Assembly: GCA_012719255.1 (NCBI GenBank)
Contig: JAAYAS010000272.1
Coordinates: 1-34,372 of the forward strand
DNA: 34,372 nucleotides
From: Microbacteriaceae bacterium
GTDB lineage: Bacteria > Actinomycetota > Actinomycetes > Actinomycetales > Microbacteriaceae
Reading direction: 5' to 3'
Both the position numbers and the translations under genes were made by a program. Shown piece by piece: positions 19,341 to 28,372 of this stretch (position 1 is the stretch's first letter; every line of letters begins with the position of its first letter). The notes beneath the pieces are model-generated. The model worked only from the letters and a program-made list of their open reading frames with translations, made no database searches and was not told the origin of the DNA.

Positions 19341-20710
19341 GCGGGACTCCTCTCGGCATCGGCGCGGACGGTGTCGGAGAGCCGCAGCAGGATCGCGACG
19401 ATGATCCAGTTCGCGAGGAGGCTCGAGCCGCCGGCCGCGAGGAACGGGGTCGTCAGGCCGGTGAGCGGGATGACCCGGGTGACGCCGCCGACGACGATGA
19501 ACACCTGGATCGCGATCACGAACGACAGGCCGGTCGCGAGCAGCCGGCCGAAGTCGTCGCCGCCCGAGTGGCCGATGCGCAGGCCGCGGGCGACGAGGAT
19601 GAAGTAGAGCGCGAGCAGCGCGAACAGGCCGGCGAGGCCGAGTTCCTCGCCGAGGGCGGCGACGATGAAGTCGCTCTCGGCGAGCGGCGTGATGTCGGGC
19701 CGGCCCTGGCCGAGGCCGGTGCCGATGAGCCCGCCGTTCGCGAGGCCGAACAGACCCTGCACGAGCTGGTAGCTGCCGCCGACCGCCTCGTAGAGCTCGG
19801 GGTCGAGGGGGTTCAGCCAGGCGTCGATGCGGAACTGCACGTAGCCCCAGCTCGAGGCGAGCACCGCGCCGCCGGCGGCGAACAGCAGCGCGCCGATGAT
19901 CACCCACGACACCCGGCCGGTGGCGACGAAGATCATCACGAGGAAGAGCCCGTAGTAGAGGAGCGCGGTGCCGAGGTCGCGCTGCAGCACGAGGATGCCC
20001 ATGCACACGGCCCAGACCACGACGATCGGGCCGAGGTCGCGCATCCGCGGCAGCCGCATCCCGAGGAACCGGCGCGACACCATCGAGAGCGAGTCGCGGG
20101 CGGTGACGAGGTAGCCGGCGAAGAAGATCGCGAGCGCGATCTTCGCGATCTCGCCGGGCTGGAAGTTGAACGGGCCGACCGAGATCCACACGCGCGCGTT
20201 CGCCTCGGCGACCCCGAGGCCCGGGATGAGCGGCAGCAGCAGCAGCGCGAGCGCGCTGAGCCCGAAGAGATAGGTGTAGCGCTGCAGCACGCGGTGGTTG
20301 CGCAGCAGCACGAGCACGCCGATGCCGATGACGACGGCGAGGCCGGTGTAGATGATCTGCGCCGTCGACGACGACATCGACGAGCCGTCGACGCGGGGGT
20401 CGGCGAGGTCGAGCCGGTAGATCATCGCGATGCCGATGCCGTTGATCGTCGTCGCGATCGGCAGCAGGAACGGGTCGGCGCGGGGCGCGCGGAAGCGGAG
20501 CACGAGGTGCATCGCGAGGGTGAGCGCCATGACGCCGCCGACGAGCGTGAGCACCTGCGTGTCGAACGACCCCTCGACGCCGAACTGCACCTGCAGCAGC
20601 GCGCCGAGCACGACGATGTAGGCGAAGACGAGGAATCCGAGCTCCATGTTGCGCAGGCCCTGCCCGGTGGCCTCGCGCACGCCCCGGCGGTCAGCGGTGG
20701 TCTGCGACAT
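19337..20710 (-). CDS. rodA: SEDS-family peptidoglycan polymerase RodA/FtsW
   Basis: ATG 20710; polytopic membrane protein; FQPGEIAK, QRDLG, GSYQL.QG, SDFI, IPLTG.T.PF...GGSS. Confidence 0.93.
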   Translation of the reverse strand: MSQTTADRRGVREATGQGLRNMELGFLVFAYIVVLGALLQVQFGVEGSFDTQVLTLVGGVMALTLAMHLVLRFRAPRADPFLLPIATTINGIGIAMIYRLDLADPRVDGSSMSSSTAQIIYTGLAVVIGIGVLVLLRNHRVLQRYTYLFGLSALALLLLPLIPGLGVAEANARVWISVGPFNFQPGEIAKIALAIFFAGYLVTARDSLSMVSRRFLGMRLPRMRDLGPIVVVWAVCMGILVLQRDLGTALLYYGLFLVMIFVATGRVSWVIIGALLFAAGGAVLASSWGYVQFRIDAWLNPLDPELYEAVGGSYQLVQGLFGLANGGLIGTGLGQGRPDITPLAESDFIVAALGEELGLAGLFALLALYFILVARGLRIGHSGGDDFGRLLATGLSFVIAIQVFIVVGGVTRVIPLTGLTTPFLAAGGSSLLANWIIVAILLRLSDTVRADAERSPA

Positions 20711-21950
20711 CGCGCAACCTCTCCACGAGCGCCTGCGCATCCTCGAGCGTGGCGAACGGAATCGTCTGCTGCACCTGCGAGTGCTGGTAGGCGGGCAGCT
20801 CGTCGACGCGCACCTCGCTGCGCTCGACGACGTGGCTGAGCTCGATCGGCCCGAGCGTCGCGCGCACGCCCTGGTAGACGGCGACGTGCTCGTCGGAGAC
20901 GCCGACGTAGTACTGCGTCTGCGTCCAGCTGTAGGCGAGGGTCGAGGCGCCGGCGATCAGGCCGAGCACGAGCAGCACGGCGGCCGCCCAGGTGACGCGG
21001 CGCCAGCGGCGGCGGCGGCGGTCCTCGGCGATGAGCTGCTCGAGGAACTCGTCGCTCGGCGGCACGAACTCCTCGTTCTCGGGGCGCGCGGCGAGCCGGC
21101 GGCGCGACTGCAGCACGTCGGGCACGATGCGGGTGACGCGGCGGCGCGGGGCGCGCGAGGTGTAGCGCAGCGGGTTCGAGGCGGCGCCGACGATGCGCGG
21201 GCGCATCTGCTCGAGCGGCTCGTCGCCGATCTCGAGGAGCACCACCGTGACGTTGTCGGGGGCGCCGTTGTCGAGGGCGAGCTGCACGAGGTCGTCGCAG
21301 AGCTCGCGCGACGACTCGGAGCGGCGGCCGAGCACCTCGGCGATCGCCGACTCGTCGACGTAGCTCGCGAGGCCGTCGCTGCAGAGCAGCCAGCGGTCGC
21401 CGGCGACGGCGGGCTGCACGTAGGTGTCGACGTCGGGGTCGGTCTCGACGTCGCCGAGCACGCGCATCAGCACCGAGCGGCGCGGATGCACGAGCGCCTC
21501 CTCGGGCGTGATGCGGCCGGCGTCGACGAGCCGCTGCACGAAGGTGTGGTCGACGGTGATCTGCGTCATCTCGTCGTCGTGGTAGCGGTAGACGCGCGAG
21601 TCGCCGATGTGGCCGATGACGAGCTCGTCGCCGACGAGGGTGATGAGGTCGGCGGTCGTGCCCATGCCCTTGAGCTCGGGATGCTCGGCGACCGCCTCGA
21701 TGATGAGCTCGTTCGCCTCGTGGAGGAGGTCCTCGAGCGCTTCGCGGGCCTCCTCGACGGTCGCGAACGACTGGTCGCTGTCGGCGAGGTGCTTCACCGC
21801 GATCGACGAGGCGACATCGCCGCCGGCGTGGCCGCCCATGCCGTCGGCGACCCCGTGGAGGTGGGTGCCGACGAAGCCGGAGTCCTGGTTGTTCGACCGG
21901 ACCCGACCGACGTGCGACACCGCGCCCGCGCGTACGAACTTCGTCATGCT
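20691..21950 (-). CDS. pstP: PP2C-family Ser/Thr phosphatase PstP (ATG at 21947)
   Basis: SHVGRVRSNNQDS, VADGMGGHAGG, GMGTT, HIGDSR.Y, LLCSDGL, DNVT; TM and extracellular domain. Confidence 0.93.
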   Translation of the reverse strand, partial: SMTKFVRAGAVSHVGRVRSNNQDSGFVGTHLHGVADGMGGHAGGDVASSIAVKHLADSDQSFATVEEAREALEDLLHEANELIIEAVAEHPELKGMGTTADLITLVGDELVIGHIGDSRVYRYHDDEMTQITVDHTFVQRLVDAGRITPEEALVHPRRSVLMRVLGDVETDPDVDTYVQPAVAGDRWLLCSDGLASYVDESAIAEVLGRRSESSRELCDDLVQLALDNGAPDNVTVVLLEIGDEPLEQMRPRIVGAASNPLRYTSRAPRRRVTRIVPDVLQSRRRLAARPENEEFVPPSDEFLEQLIAEDRRRRRWRRVTWAAAVLLVLGLIAGASTLAYSWTQTQYYVGVSDEHVAVYQGVRATLGPIELSHVVERSEVRVDELPAYQHSQVQQTIPFATLEDAQALVERLRDVADHR

Positions 21951-22534
21951 CAGCGCAGCTCGAAGGTGGTCGTGCCGATGCGCACCGTGCGGCCCGGGCC
22001 GAGCGCGGTCGGCTGGCTCACGCGCTCGCCGTCGACGTAGGTGCCGTTGGTCGAGTCGAGGTCCTGGATCATCCAGGTGCCGTTCCAGTTGAGCAGGCGC
22101 GCGTGCCGGGTCGAGGTGTAGTCGTCCTGGATGACGAGGTCGGCGTCGCGGGCGCGGCCGATCGACACCGGCTCGCCGCGCAGCTCGAGCTCGTTGCCGC
22201 GCTTCGGGCCCGCGGTGATGACGAGCCGGGTGAGCTGGGCCTGGGTCGAGCCGCTGCTCTGCGGCGCGGGCGCCTGGGCGGGCGCGGATGCGGGGGCGGG
22301 GGATGCGGGGGCCCGGCCGGCCGGGGCGCCGGCGGGCACCGGCGCGGGCGCCGGCGCATCCTGCTTCGCCGCCTCGAAGGTCTGCTGGCGCGACTGCTCC
22401 ATCGCCTTCGCGTAGTCCTTCGAGCGCGAGCCGAACAGGTCGCTGCGCAGCGCGTAGACGATCGAGAAGACGAAGATCCACATCACCGCGAGGAACGCGA
22501 GGCGGATCACGAGCAGGGTGAGTTCGCCGCTCAT
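21950..22534 (-). CDS. fhaB: FHA-domain membrane protein FhaB/FipA
   Basis: ATG 22534 (MSGELTLLVIR.AFL), TM, Pro/Ala linker, FHA motifs IGR, S.RHA, DL.STNGT. Confidence 0.9.
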   Translation of the reverse strand: MSGELTLLVIRLAFLAVMWIFVFSIVYALRSDLFGSRSKDYAKAMEQSRQQTFEAAKQDAPAPAPVPAGAPAGRAPASPAPASAPAQAPAPQSSGSTQAQLTRLVITAGPKRGNELELRGEPVSIGRARDADLVIQDDYTSTRHARLLNWNGTWMIQDLDSTNGTYVDGERVSQPTALGPGRTVRIGTTTFELR

Positions 22535-23277
22535 CGGCCGCCTCCCGGGGTCAGGCCGTTCTGCCGGGGCAGGCGGTTCTGCCGGGGGAGAAAGGCGGTG
22601 TCGTCGCTCGGGGGCGCCTGCGGCACCACCTTGAAGTGCAGCTGGGTGCGGCCGATCTCGATGAGCGAGTCGGGCTCGAGCACCGAGTGGGCGATGCGCC
22701 GGCCGTTGAGCTTCGTGCCGTTCGTCGAGCCGAGGTCGCGCACGCCGGCGCGCTGGCCGTCCCAGACGATCTCGACGTGGCGGCGCGAGGCGCCGGTGTC
22801 GTCGATGGTGATGTCGGCGTCCTGCCCGCGGCCGATGACGTTCGCGCCGACGCGCAGCGGGATGCGGCGGCCGTGCACGTCGACGACGGGGGTCCACAGC
22901 ACCCGGCCCTCGACGGTGCGCGACTCGATGCGCAGCTGGCCCTCGGCGAGGGTGTCGTCCTCGAGGAGCTTCACGCTGAGGCCGCCGGCGAACTGGTAGC
23001 GCTGACGGGCGGCGTGCTGCTCGACCTCGTCGAGGAGCGAGTCGCGCAGCGAGTTGCCGAGGCCCGAGAGCCGGTCGTAGTCGGCGGGGGAGATGACGAC
23101 GTGGAAGCGGTTCGGCACGAGCACCCGCTCGCGCGACACGATCGACGCGCGCGTGTCGAGCTCGCGCTTCAGCGCCGAGACGATCTCGACCGGCTGCAGG
23201 CCCGACTTGAACGTCTTCGCGAACGCCCCGTTGAAGGCGCGCTCGAGCCCGCGCTCAATCCTGTCGAGAAGTCCCAC
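22531..23277 (-). CDS. fhaA: FhaA (DUF3662 + FHA domain)
   Basis: GLLD..E..LE....G.FA..F.S..QPVEI...L.RE.D N-domain; FHA motifs IGRG, SRRH, DLGSTNGT; TACACT -10 candidate on the minus strand at 23315-23310. Confidence 0.92.
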   Translation of the reverse strand: MGLLDRIERGLERAFNGAFAKTFKSGLQPVEIVSALKRELDTRASIVSRERVLVPNRFHVVISPADYDRLSGLGNSLRDSLLDEVEQHAARQRYQFAGGLSVKLLEDDTLAEGQLRIESRTVEGRVLWTPVVDVHGRRIPLRVGANVIGRGQDADITIDDTGASRRHVEIVWDGQRAGVRDLGSTNGTKLNGRRIAHSVLEPDSLIEIGRTQLHFKVVPQAPPSDDTAFLPRQNRLPRQNGLTPGGGR

Positions 23278-23379
23278 GGCGCTCCACTGGTCGGTCGGTC
23301 ATCGTACGCAGTGTAGTCAAGTTCGCCGAACCGGGTCGAGCGCAGCCGGGAGCGCCGGTTCGCGCGATCGTCGTCGGGG

Positions 23380-23388
23380 TGGTAACGT
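23380..23388 (+). promoter_or_regulatory. Extended -10 promoter for tRNA-Leu
   Basis: TGG-TAACGT ending 10 nt before the mature tRNA. Confidence 0.55.
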
Positions 23389-23398
23389 TGGTCGTCGC

Positions 23399-23485
23399 GC
23401 GCGAGTGGCGGAATAGGCAGACGCGCACGGTTCAGGTCCGTGTGCCCGTGAGGGCGTGGGGGTTCAACTCCCCCCTCGCGCACCA
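23399..23485 (+). tRNA. tRNA-Leu (CAG)
   Basis: Acceptor GCGCGAG/CTCGCGC, anticodon arm CACGG-TTCAGGT-CCGTG, long variable arm GCCC-GTGA-GGGC, encoded CCA; canonical position beside fhaA. Confidence 0.96.
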
Positions 23486-23487
23486 GT

Positions 23488-23525
23488 GATGAGGCCCGCA
23501 TCCCGATGAGGATGCGGGCCTCGTC
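23488..23525 (+). terminator. Terminator-like hairpin after tRNA-Leu
   Basis: GATGAGGCCCGCATCC-cgatga-GGATGCGGGCCTCGTC, a 16-bp stem with one G:U, followed by pyrimidine-rich sequence. Confidence 0.75.
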
Positions 23526-23639
23526 CGTTCTCGGCAGTGCTTCCGCTTCTCTCCGGCAGCGCTGCCGTTTCACTTTTCTCGAATCCTCGTCGGGATCATG
23601 TCGAGCGTCGTCGTTCGGTGCCCGTCATGGAGGAAAGAC

Positions 23640-25703
23640 ATGCCCGCATCCCGTCCCCCGCTCCGGCCCCAGGCGCGCGCCGCCCACCGCCGACTCGCGC
23701 CGGCGCTCGTCGTCGCGGGGCTGCTCGCGGCGAGCGGCGCGCCCGTCCCGCCGGCGGCGGCGGCCGACACGGTCGTGACCACGAGCGCCGAGCTCATCCG
23801 CGCCATCGCCGAGGCGAACGCCGCGCCCGGACTCGACACCATCGTCGTCGAGGGCGGCATCGCGCTCGAGGCCGATCTCCCCGAGATCACCGACGACCTC
23901 GTGCTCCGCGGCGCGCAGAACGCGGTCATCGACGGCGGCGGCATGCACGCCGCGCTCACGGTGCGCGACACCGACGTGCTCGTCGTCGAGGGCGTCGCCT
24001 TCGAGGAGATCGCGGGCCACGCGATCAGCGCCTACGGCGTGAGCTCGCTGAGCCTCGTCGATGTGACCGTCGACACCGCCACCGCGTACGGCGTGTCGGT
24101 CTACGCCTACAGCGCCGACCGCAGCGAGTTGCGCGGCGTCGCCGTCACCGGCGCGCGCTACGACGGGGTGCGGGTGCGGCTCTTCGGCTCGGCCACCGCG
24201 CTGCTCGAAGACGTGCGGGTCGCTGATTCGGGCCGGATCGAGCCGGCGCAGCCCGAGCGGATGCGCGGCGGCCTCAGCATCGAGGCGGCGCAGTCGTCGT
24301 CGGTCGAGGCGACCGGCATCGGCTACACCGAGACCGCGGCCGGCCGCGACGACGGCGACGGCGCCTTCGCCGGGATCGTCGTGCACGCCGACGGCGGCGC
24401 GACCGCGACGCTCGCCGATGCGACCGTCGACGGCCCCCTCGACATCGCCCTGCAGCTCACCGCCGCCGGCTCGAGCGCGCTCGACGCCTCGGCCGTCTCG
24501 GTCGCCGGCGTCGCGGGGGAGACGGAGTACGCGATCGACCTCATGGCCACCGACGCGGCGCGGCTGGATCTCGCCGACGTCCACGTCGTCGACAGCGGCG
24601 CCGTGCTCGCGCAGCTCGACGACGATGCCGAGTTCTCCGGTGCGCGCATCGAGCTCGATCGCTCGGGAATCGAGGCCGCGTTCGGAGCGTTCGCGATGAG
24701 CGACGCCGCCGAGGGCCTCGTCGAACTGCGCGACACGACGGTGCGCGACGCGCCGGCCGCGGGGATGGAGCTCGTCGGCCTCGCGAACGCCGTGCTCGAC
24801 TCGGTGACCATCGACGGCGCCGGCACGATCGCCACCTGGCCCGCGATGATGATGAGGGACAGCGACTCGGTGCGACTGACGAACTCGACCGTCTCCGACA
24901 ACCACGGTGCGGGTCTCGTCGCGATGGACTCGTCGGTGCGGATCGAGTCGACCACGATCGCCGACAACGCGCTCGGGCAGTTCGCCCCGGTGCGCTCCTC
25001 GCTCGGCGGGATCGCCGCCGTGCACTTCCGCAGCAGCATCGTCTCGGGGCAGGCCGCCCTGGTGGCGCCGGTCGATGAGTCGGACGAGTCCGAGCTCGAT
25101 CTCAGCGGTCTCACCAGCGAGTACACCCTCTGGAACGGCGTCGACGACGGCCTCGGAGCGCTGCTGCCGACGCTCGGCACCGGCAACCTCATCGACGTCG
25201 ACCCGCGGCTCGAGCCGCTCGCCGACAACGGCGGCGCCACGCTCACCCGGATGCCGGCCGCGGGCAGCCCCGTCATCGACGCCGGCGACCCCGACCCGGT
25301 CGGCGCACCGGCGCTCGACCAGCGCGGCGCGGCGCGCATCGACGGCGTCATCGACATGGGATCGGTCGAGGCGGGGACGCTCGTGGAGCCGGGACCGACG
25401 GAGCCTGGTGCGACGGAGCCTGGCGAGACGGACCCGGGTGCGACGGAGCCTGGTGCGACGGAGCCGACGGGCGCCGAGCCCGGTGCGGTCGGCACGGCCG
25501 AGCCTCCGGCCGGTGACGATCACCGCGGACCGGGGTCCGGGACCGCCGATGCGACGACGTCCCCGGATGCCGCACCCCAGCGCGACCTGCCGACGACCGG
25601 AGCGGGCGGCATCGCCGGACCGCTGCTCGGCGCGATCGCCGCGGTGCTCGCGGGACTCGCGCTGCTCGGAAGGCGCCGGCTCAGCCCTGCTCGACGGCGG
25701 TGA
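23640..25703 (+). CDS. Secreted LPxTG-anchored surface protein; predicted parallel beta-helix plus choice-of-anchor-Q-like domain
   Basis: ATG 23640 with GGAGGAAAG RBS; signal peptide ending AAA; beta-helix-type repeats (L.NSTVSDN, I.STTIADN); DP.L.PLADNGG.T.T..P..GSP.IDAG...DQRG..R....DMG..E; Pro/Thr stalk; LPTTG + TM + RRR. Confidence 0.85.
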   Translation: MPASRPPLRPQARAAHRRLAPALVVAGLLAASGAPVPPAAAADTVVTTSAELIRAIAEANAAPGLDTIVVEGGIALEADLPEITDDLVLRGAQNAVIDGGGMHAALTVRDTDVLVVEGVAFEEIAGHAISAYGVSSLSLVDVTVDTATAYGVSVYAYSADRSELRGVAVTGARYDGVRVRLFGSATALLEDVRVADSGRIEPAQPERMRGGLSIEAAQSSSVEATGIGYTETAAGRDDGDGAFAGIVVHADGGATATLADATVDGPLDIALQLTAAGSSALDASAVSVAGVAGETEYAIDLMATDAARLDLADVHVVDSGAVLAQLDDDAEFSGARIELDRSGIEAAFGAFAMSDAAEGLVELRDTTVRDAPAAGMELVGLANAVLDSVTIDGAGTIATWPAMMMRDSDSVRLTNSTVSDNHGAGLVAMDSSVRIESTTIADNALGQFAPVRSSLGGIAAVHFRSSIVSGQAALVAPVDESDESELDLSGLTSEYTLWNGVDDGLGALLPTLGTGNLIDVDPRLEPLADNGGATLTRMPAAGSPVIDAGDPDPVGAPALDQRGAARIDGVIDMGSVEAGTLVEPGPTEPGATEPGETDPGATEPGATEPTGAEPGAVGTAEPPAGDDHRGPGSGTADATTSPDAAPQRDLPTTGAGGIAGPLLGAIAAVLAGLALLGRRRLSPARRR
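25385..25489 (+). repeat. In-frame 15-bp tandem repeat (about 7 degenerate units, EPGAT-like)
   Basis: GGAGCCTGGTGCGAC and variants encoding EPGPT-EPGAT-EPGET-DPGAT-EPGAT-EPTGA-EPGAV. Confidence 0.85.
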
Positions 25704-26523
25704 TGCGCACGCGCTGCAGGCCGTCGGAGGTCCGCGATGCGCTGAAGGAGCCCGCCGGCCGACGGCGCGCGCCGACCAGCGCGAACGCGGCGGCGAGCGC
25801 GAGCAGCCACACGATGGCGAGCCAGGCGAGGCGGGCAGCGCCCTCGACCGGCGCCACCAGGTGCTCGTCGACCGCGAGCAGCAGCGAGTTCATCAGCGCG
25901 TGCGCGAGCACCGCCGGCCACACCGAGCCGCTGCGCTCGCGCAGCGCGGCGAACAGCGGGCCGACGGCGGCGACGCTCGCGAGCGCGAGCGCCGCGCCGC
26001 CGATCGAGTCGAAGCCCTGCACGACGTTGATCGCGACGATCGGCAGGTGCCACACGGTCCAGATCGCGGTGGTGACGAGCGCGGTGAACCAGAAGCCGCG
26101 CGGTCGCAGCAGGGTGAACAGCCAGCCGCGCCAGCCGAGCTCCTCGCCGATCGAGGCGACGAGCATGATCGCGAACTGCGCGACGAGCGCGAGCCCGACG
26201 CCGACGGGATCGGCGGGCGACCGCCACTCGGCGATCCCGAGCGCGGTGCCGATCACCGGCTGCAGCGCCGCGATCGCGACGAAGACGACGAGCGCGAGCA
26301 GCAGACCCGGGCCGAACCGGCGGGTCGCGAACGCCTCGCCGAAGGCGGGGCGGCGGCCGGCCACGAGCATCCAGGTGGCGAGCGCCGCGACGAACGGCGC
26401 GAACATGCCGAGCGGCACGACGATCATGAGCAGATCCGGGTCGGCGCCGACGAAGAACGGCGCGGCGACGGCGGCGGTGAGGAGGAGCACGAGGGCGGTG
26501 AACACGGCGGCGCTGCGGCGCAT
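25681..26523 (-). CDS. CPBP/Abi (CAAX-protease-like) intramembrane glutamic endopeptidase
   Basis: ATG 26523 with AAGGA RBS; EELGWRG, W..WHLP, HALMN motifs; polytopic. Confidence 0.9.
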   Translation of the reverse strand: MRRSAAVFTALVLLLTAAVAAPFFVGADPDLLMIVVPLGMFAPFVAALATWMLVAGRRPAFGEAFATRRFGPGLLLALVVFVAIAALQPVIGTALGIAEWRSPADPVGVGLALVAQFAIMLVASIGEELGWRGWLFTLLRPRGFWFTALVTTAIWTVWHLPIVAINVVQGFDSIGGAALALASVAAVGPLFAALRERSGSVWPAVLAHALMNSLLLAVDEHLVAPVEGAARLAWLAIVWLLALAAAFALVGARRRPAGSFSASRTSDGLQRVRITAVEQG

Positions 26524-26693
26524 GGCGGGGTCCTTCAAGGAGGGGTCCGGGTGTCGCTTCGGTCGGCTCCGACGCTAGTGACGCGCCGCGCGCCGCGGCA
26601 CGGTGCCGGCCCCATCCCCGGCCAGGGGGCGGATGCGGGGGATCTCCCCCGGGTCGTGAGCCCCGCGTCGCCCGGGCGGTGCAGACTGGACCC

Positions 26694-28352
26694 ATGCGCG
26701 AGCCCATCCCCGCCCTCGATCCCGCCGCCACCGTGCTCGACCGCGCCTCCCGCGCCCGGGCGCTCGCGGGGATTGCCGAGGGCGAGCTCGACCTGCTCGT
26801 CGTCGGCGGCGGCGTCACCGGCGCCGGCATCGCCCTCGACGCGGCCTCGCGGGGTCTGCGCGTGGGCGTCGTCGAGGCGCGCGACTGGGCGTCGGGCACC
26901 TCGGCGGCCTCGTCGAAGCTCGTGCACGGCGGCCTGCGCTACCTCTACCGGCTCGACGTGAAGCTCGTCGCCGAGGCCCTGCGCGAGCGGGGCCTGCTGC
27001 TCGACGTCACCGCCCCGCACCTCGTCAAGGCGCAGCCGTTCCTCTGGCCGCTGCTGCAGCCGTGGGTCGAGCGGCCCTACACGGCGGCCGGCATCGGCGT
27101 CTACGACGCGCTCGCCCAGTTCGGCGGCGGCGGCCGCAACGCGGTGCCGAACCAGCAGCACCTCGGCCGCCGGCAGGCGCTCGCGGCGATGCCGAGCCTG
27201 CGCGACGACGCGCTCATCGGCGCGGTGCGCTTCTACGACGCCCGCGTCGACGACGCCCGGCTCGTGCTCGCGCTCGTGCGCACCGCGCAGGGCCACGGCG
27301 CGATGCCGGTGAGCCGCGCGCGCGTCGAGTCGTTCGTGCGCGACGGCGAGCGGGTCGCGGGCGCGGTGATCGTCGACGCGCTCACCGGCGAGCGGCACGA
27401 GGTGCGCGCGAAGCACGTGATCGGCGCCGTCGGCGTGTGGACCGAGGAGCTGCAGCGGCTCGCGACCGACTCGCCGAAGCTGCGGGTGCTCGCGAGCAAG
27501 GGCGTGCACCTCGTCGTGCCGCGCGACCGCATCGCCGGCCACGACGGCGTGTTCGTGCGCACCGAGAAGTCGGTGCTGTTCATCATCCCCTGGCGCGACC
27601 ACTGGCTCATCGGCACGACCGACACGCCCTACGAGGGCGACCTCGCGCATCCGGTCGCCGATGACGACGACGTCGACTACCTGCTCGAGCGGGCGAACGC
27701 GGTGCTGCGCGAGCCGCTCGGCCGCGGCGATGTGATCGCCACCTACGCGGGCCTGCGGCCGCTGCTGCGCCCGGTCGCCGACGGCGCCGCGTCGACGAAG
27801 GTCTCGCGCGAGCACACCGTCGCCGAGGTGGTGCCGGGGCTGTCGGCGATCGCCGGCGGCAAGCTCACCACCTACCGGGTGATGGCCGAGGACGCCGTCG
27901 ACTTCGCGATCGAGCGCGCCGGCCTCGTCGGCCGCGCGAGCGTCACCGCCCGGCTGCCGCTCGTCGGCGCGGCCGGCTACCGGGGCTGGCAGGGCGCCGT
28001 GGATGCGGTGGGCTCGGCGACCGGCCTCGGCGCCGACCGCGTGCAGCGGCTGCTCGACCGCTACGGCGACGAGCTGCCGCGCCTGATCGAGCTCGTCAGC
28101 GCCGACCGGTCGCTCGCCGAGCCGCTCGCGGGAGCGCCCGAGCATCTGCGCGCCGAGGTCGCCTACGCGGTGACCCACGAGGGCGCGCTCGACCTCGGCG
28201 ACGTGCTGCGCCGGCGCCTGCGGGTGTCGATCGAGCAGCCCGCCGGCGGCGCGGGCGCCCTCGACGAGGCCGCCGCGATCGCGGGGCCGCTGCTCGGCTG
28301 GGATGCCGCCGAGACCGAGGCGGCGAAGGCGCGGTTCCTCGCCGGCGACTGA
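26694..28352 (+). CDS. glpD: FAD-dependent glycerol-3-phosphate dehydrogenase/oxidase
   Basis: VGGGVTGAGIALDAASRGL, GTS..SSKLVHGGLRYL, SKGVHL, IGTTD, AGLRPL, GGKLTTYRVMAED. Start taken at ATG 26694, 6 nt after CAGACT. Confidence 0.9.
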   Translation: MREPIPALDPAATVLDRASRARALAGIAEGELDLLVVGGGVTGAGIALDAASRGLRVGVVEARDWASGTSAASSKLVHGGLRYLYRLDVKLVAEALRERGLLLDVTAPHLVKAQPFLWPLLQPWVERPYTAAGIGVYDALAQFGGGGRNAVPNQQHLGRRQALAAMPSLRDDALIGAVRFYDARVDDARLVLALVRTAQGHGAMPVSRARVESFVRDGERVAGAVIVDALTGERHEVRAKHVIGAVGVWTEELQRLATDSPKLRVLASKGVHLVVPRDRIAGHDGVFVRTEKSVLFIIPWRDHWLIGTTDTPYEGDLAHPVADDDDVDYLLERANAVLREPLGRGDVIATYAGLRPLLRPVADGAASTKVSREHTVAEVVPGLSAIAGGKLTTYRVMAEDAVDFAIERAGLVGRASVTARLPLVGAAGYRGWQGAVDAVGSATGLGADRVQRLLDRYGDELPRLIELVSADRSLAEPLAGAPEHLRAEVAYAVTHEGALDLGDVLRRRLRVSIEQPAGGAGALDEAAAIAGPLLGWDAAETEAAKARFLAGD

Positions 28353-28372
28353 TCGGGCGGCGCCGCGGCGGC

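Noticed and set aside
23566-23582. parS site
   Set aside because: Only the half-site GTTTCAC is present; the palindromic second half is missing.
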